Shown one piece after another: positions 58,103 through 64,000 of a stretch of DNA of 64,000 bases. The translations under genes and the position numbers were made by a program. Position 1 is the stretch's first letter, and every line of letters starts with the position of its first letter. The stretch comes from the human T2T-CHM13v2.0 reference genome, Homo sapiens, in NCBI RefSeq assembly GCF_009914755.1, contig NC_060926.1; one strand, 5' to 3'. Below the pieces are notes generated by a model. The model was not told the origin of the DNA. It made no database searches and worked only from the letters and a program-made list of their open reading frames with translations.

Positions 58103-58266
58103 TTTCTTTTTTTCAAGAGATGGGGGTCTTGCTATGTTGCCCAGGCTGGAGTACAGTGGCTATTCACAGGCATAATCACCGTGCACTGCAGCCTTGAGCT
58201 CATGTAATCCTCCTGCCTCAGCCTCCCAAGTAGCTGGGACTACAGGCGTGTGCCACTGTGTCGGCC
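58103..58266 (-). mobile_element. FAM (fossil Alu monomer)
   Basis: GTGGCTATTCACAGGC...GTGCACTGCAGCC, FAM-diagnostic. Confidence 0.82.
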
Positions 58267-58532
58267 TAATATCTTTCGTTTTTACTATTCTATTAAAACA
58301 TGGTAGTGGTTGACATAAACATGGCTATATCACTGAGAAGGTAGTTAATCATAAAACACACCACAACACAAACGTCGACACAGGCACACATACACACGCT
58401 CATATATTATTATATTAATTTTACATTTCTCAAAAGCTTCCCAGAGCCTTCACAAGGGCAACTGGTATTAATAATCTAAAATGCAAACAGTGAAGTATGC
58501 TGTTTGAAATTAGTACACAGTTTTCAGTCTAC

Positions 58533-58634
58533 CTGTTTACAACTTTCTTCCAAGTTTCCTTCTCCAGGACCAGAGCAGGTTGAAGCTGACCTAGTGGGGA
58601 AATCCTCACCTACTCGACTACGCTGAAGTGAGGA
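58533..58634 (-). CDS. CLASP1: Candidate non-canonical CLASP1 cassette exon (102 nt, phase 0-0): SSLQRSRVGEDFPTRSASTCSGPGEGNLEESCKQ
   Basis: Long pyrimidine tract then GCCAG|TCC, donor CAG|GTAGAC; 34 codons without a stop, in phase with the next exon. Confidence 0.65.
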
Positions 58635-58801
58635 CTGGCAAACAGGAAAGTTGGGAGGATTGAATCAGAGAGAAGCAGAAAGTGCCTAAACATGGCAATC
58701 TGTTAGCTATAAAAGCATTTGGCTTCTTAGATAAAATCAGCAAGACACACATGATTGAAAGTAAGGAAGAATCAGAATAATAACATTAGCTGTCAGTTTT
58801 A

Positions 58802-59220
<419 letters not shown>

Positions 59221-59759
59221 TCACAGTTAAGCTGAGATCCAGCTATTTGATAGTAAAACCCATAGCTTTCAGACTAGAGGCATGCTGCCTTTATAATCAT
59301 ATTTTTTTAAAAGTCAACTAGATATCTCATCTTTTGAAGGCAATTTATGTATTAATACTTCTCCCTGCTCTAGCCAACAGCATCTTTATACTTCTAGGTT
59401 TCTTCGCCACGCCTTTTTGCCCACACTTCTCAAAACAAGGTTTGGGGGCTAAATCTGTTGCTTCATTTGACAAAGAGAGTCACATGTGATAAGCAAACAT
59501 ACAGGCATTTTAAATTCCAAAATGTAAACATATAATTAAAATTCTACTGCCATTACCACATTCCCTTTGATTGATCACCTGGCTTCCTAAATCTTAGAAA
59601 AAATTCTGGTACTCAGTTTATTCCATAAATAACAGCAGCAGCAAAACCAAAACAATCCTCAAACAATAATAGCAGAGCTGCAACTGCAAATAAAATGTCT
59701 AAGTTTTAATATACTTTATGAAATTTAATCTTCTCAGTAATGCCTGAGATAAGTGTTAT

Positions 59760-59990
59760 TTATGTATAGAGATAGGACTCTTCCTGTGGCTGCAAGCAAT
59801 CCTCCTGCCTCAGCCTCCCATGAGGCTGGAACTACAAGCATGCGCCACCATGCCCAGTTTGAGGCAAGTATTATTATTCCGATTTTACAGATAATAAACA
59901 AGAACTCAGGGATTAAATTACTTGCTCTGACCCCAATGAGTGGCAGAGGCAGATGTCAAATGGATGTCAAACTCCAGAACCCACCTTCTT
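59760..59990 (-). mobile_element. Alu monomer fragment (~59760-59857) followed by MIR (~59865-59990)
   Basis: CCTCCTGCCTCAGCCTCCC; TATTATTCCGATTTTACAGAT. Confidence 0.7.
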
Positions 59991-61334
59991 TCTATCAGTA
60001 ATATATACTATTATCTTACATCAACACAGTGCATTAAGAAAGGTCTAGTGTACGTCTGCATAGTTTCATCACACAACTAAACTAGTCAGGGCTCCCACAC
60101 TGAGAAAATGGAAAAGTTTACTTTTGGAATAAAGCAGGCTAGTTACAGACTGGGTTGGGCTTTTTCACCTTGCCCAAACCAGTCTCAGTGTGGTAAGCAC
60201 ACCTCACTCACTGGTGATTCGTTCGTGTTTTGATTTTAAAAACACCTTAACAATTTAAGCACCCCTCCCTCCAAAATGTGAAACACCCCAATATACTGAG
60301 CTAAGGAAAACAAAATATTAAAAATGCTAAAATCAATTAATCTGGGTTATATCAGCTTGTTATAAGTTTAAAATGCTTCAAAAGTGCTTTCACAAACATG
60401 GTTGTATGGACTTAGAGAATGAATTATGTTGTCTGAAAAGTCCCCAGGTACTGTTTACATAAAATATTCTCCAGAGATGAGTCTAATATGAGAATTTACT
60501 GTATAAATTTCAGACTGAAGGGCTCTTCTGTATTTGGAATACCTACCCTAAAAAAATTAAAGCAGGACATTCACAGAAGAACTTGGTTTAAGATCACAAA
60601 ACGCTTTTAAATCACCAAGATTTCCTCAATCCCTGATATAACCTTTAAAAAACTCTGGAAATGAAGGATGAGGCAGAACAAAGTTTATTTATACAGACAT
60701 GTATTTTATGTTTAGTGTGTTAAATGATCTAGATAAGAATGGTACTAGTTTTCATACAGTTTAAAATAATTTTAAATCTTATCAATTTTAGATCTTAGAG
60801 TAGTGATAAATACTACATCACAATTCTAAGTATTTTAATTTATTTAGGCACTACCTTCATTTTGACAGTGCTTCAAGAACGTCTCATATTCTTGGGTAAG
60901 GCAGCTGCATCACTTACAAAAGCAACTATATTTATAAATGTTCAACGGATGCTACATCAAAACAGGGAATTTAAATAAAAGTGAATCTACCTCCAAAAAG
61001 GATTAATCTGCAGTGCCCTAATGTAGAGTTTGAGGACATCTATTTTAATACTGTCCTATGATACATCTATTTGAATCAAAAGTAATGCTTTACTAGTTAG
61101 TGCTGAATGTTACTGAAAGCCAAATAGTTTAGAGCCACGGATATCTTGGATGATTAAAAAAAAAAAAAAAAATCCAGAGGGTGCCAGAATACAGACATGC
61201 ATCTGCTAAGTAAGTTGAACCACATCATAATTTGCATAGATAGGTAAAAAAGCGCCCTTCTAAAATAAGAGCCAAGGAATTATCGAATAACTATGGAAGC
61301 CTTCTGCCAACCCCCTAAAAGAGACACTAAAGCC

Positions 61335-62597
<1,263 letters not shown>

Positions 62598-62684
62598 CGA
62601 AGTCAAAAGAAGGGAATTTTCAAAACTAGTCTTAAAAATGATGGCTTCAAAATATCATTTGAAATGAAATAATTTCCATATGGG

Positions 62685-62790
62685 TATTTATCATTCATTA
62701 ATTCATTCAAAACATATCAATGCCCACTATGTTACTCCAGGTATATGCCAGGCACTGAGCATGCAGGGTGAGCAAAACAGTCTCCTTACT
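62685..62790 (-). mobile_element. L2 3' end
   Basis: TCATTCATTAATTCATTCAA...TATGCCAGGCACTG. Confidence 0.6.
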
Positions 62791-64000
62791 GCTCATCTTC
62801 CCAAACCCTCTGCTTCAGACATATCAGTCTATTTCACTGTTCCCAGACAAATCTCATTTCTTAAACATGACTACTGTCCTTTCCCTAAACTCATCACTTA
62901 TGCAAACTGCATCCATATTCCACATCTGAGGATGAATCTTATCTTCTCTAGGAAGCTTTCTATGATCAATACAGAGTGCATTGAGCTGACAATACACAGA
63001 AAACCAGGCAGGTATTCCATCAGTTTGAAGGAAGTTGCCCAGGGTAACAGGGCCCTAACCACTAAAGTGGGTTTAGAGGAAGCACAAACACTCTAGGTCC
63101 AAGGAAGGGAGGTAGGGAAGATGCCAGGGAACAGAGAGGCCAAGCCTAGTCCTGAAGATACTGAGGAGCAACACTCCGTAGCAAGAGAATTTGCAAGAAC
63201 CAGATCAAGACTATATCAGTAGTCTGCATGTCTTGAGATTCATTCCAAGGCCATGGCCCAAAATACTAGGCCTTGTCTGTGTATTAAAAATCAGCCAAGA
63301 GTGAAAGGAACCCCAATCGAAAAAACAACAGAGTGTCTACGCTCTGCCCTATATCAATTAAATCACATTACTTGGGAATAGAGCTCAGAAATCTATGTTG
63401 ATTTTAATTGCAGCCAGGACTGTGAACTATTAATCTAAATCTTCTGAAATTCCTCTGAAGATCAGGATTATGGTCCTAGAACCTGGGTATAAGTTAGGTG
63501 TGAAGGTGAGGAGTTAAGTACACCTCACAATGGGAAAGGAGAATTAGTGGGGCAGGCATGGAAAGTAGCACGCCAGTGGAGATAAAGCTTTGCAAAGTAA
63601 CACTATATAATCCAAAATAACTGAAAACAAGTGTTGAAGCTCATTCAAACAGCAAATGAACAAAGTGATTTCTGGCAATATATCCAACGTTCTATTTATA
63701 TTTGGCTTGAGCTAGTATTAAAATAAGTTGAGGTTTTTGGAGCATCAGGCTAATCATTCGAAATTATCTGTAATGTTCTGATTAGAATAATAAGGACAGT
63801 AAGTCCTAGTTCAAATATTCTAATGTGCATGTCCACAGGGAGTGGGTATTATGATCAAAGCTAGTTTGTCCCAAACAGGTCCTAATCGAGGTAATATGCA
63901 AATATAGAATAAGTTTCAGCCCGTACCAGGCAATACTTAAGTAACATTCCATTACAAAAGCACATACTCACATATCACACATATACTTATGTGCTACGTA

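Noticed and set aside
60845-60930. Possible donor GAAG|GTAGTG and exon
   Set aside because: In-frame TGA a few codons upstream in phase 0 and no convincing acceptor

Overview
Primate, almost certainly human, genomic DNA containing the 3' end of CLASP1 (microtubule +TIP, TOG/HEAT-repeat protein) on the minus strand. I traced ten canonical coding exons by hand from 55190 down to the TAA at 8146-8148. All have GT-AG boundaries and compatible phases, giving 1494 nt (497 aa + stop, ending ...MKLLNLYIKRAQTTNSNSSSSSDVSTHS*). A ~3.1 kb 3' UTR follows, ending near an AATAAA at 5077-5082. The rest is intronic or intergenic sequence with Alu/FAM, L1M, L2, MIR, hAT elements (MER1A, MER20, MER30, MER5A), a full-length MaLR (THE1D/MSTA type) with intact TSD, and an MLT1. 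Nearly all ORFs in the supplied track are spurious or repeat-derived. I see no evidence of a wholly new gene system. The most interesting signal is a hidden layer of alternative splicing: (1) a 102-nt stop-free, phase-0 exon candidate at 58533-58634 that the ORF track misses and that I do not recall in the canonical protein, flanked by an inverted Alu/FAM pair and QKI/RBFOX motifs; (2) a strong downstream donor at 14142 that would give an NMD-escaping alternative C-terminus; (3) a symmetric 117-nt cassette with a nearby CTCF motif; (4) weaker microexon candidates. Repeat boundaries and subfamilies were called by eye and are approximate.
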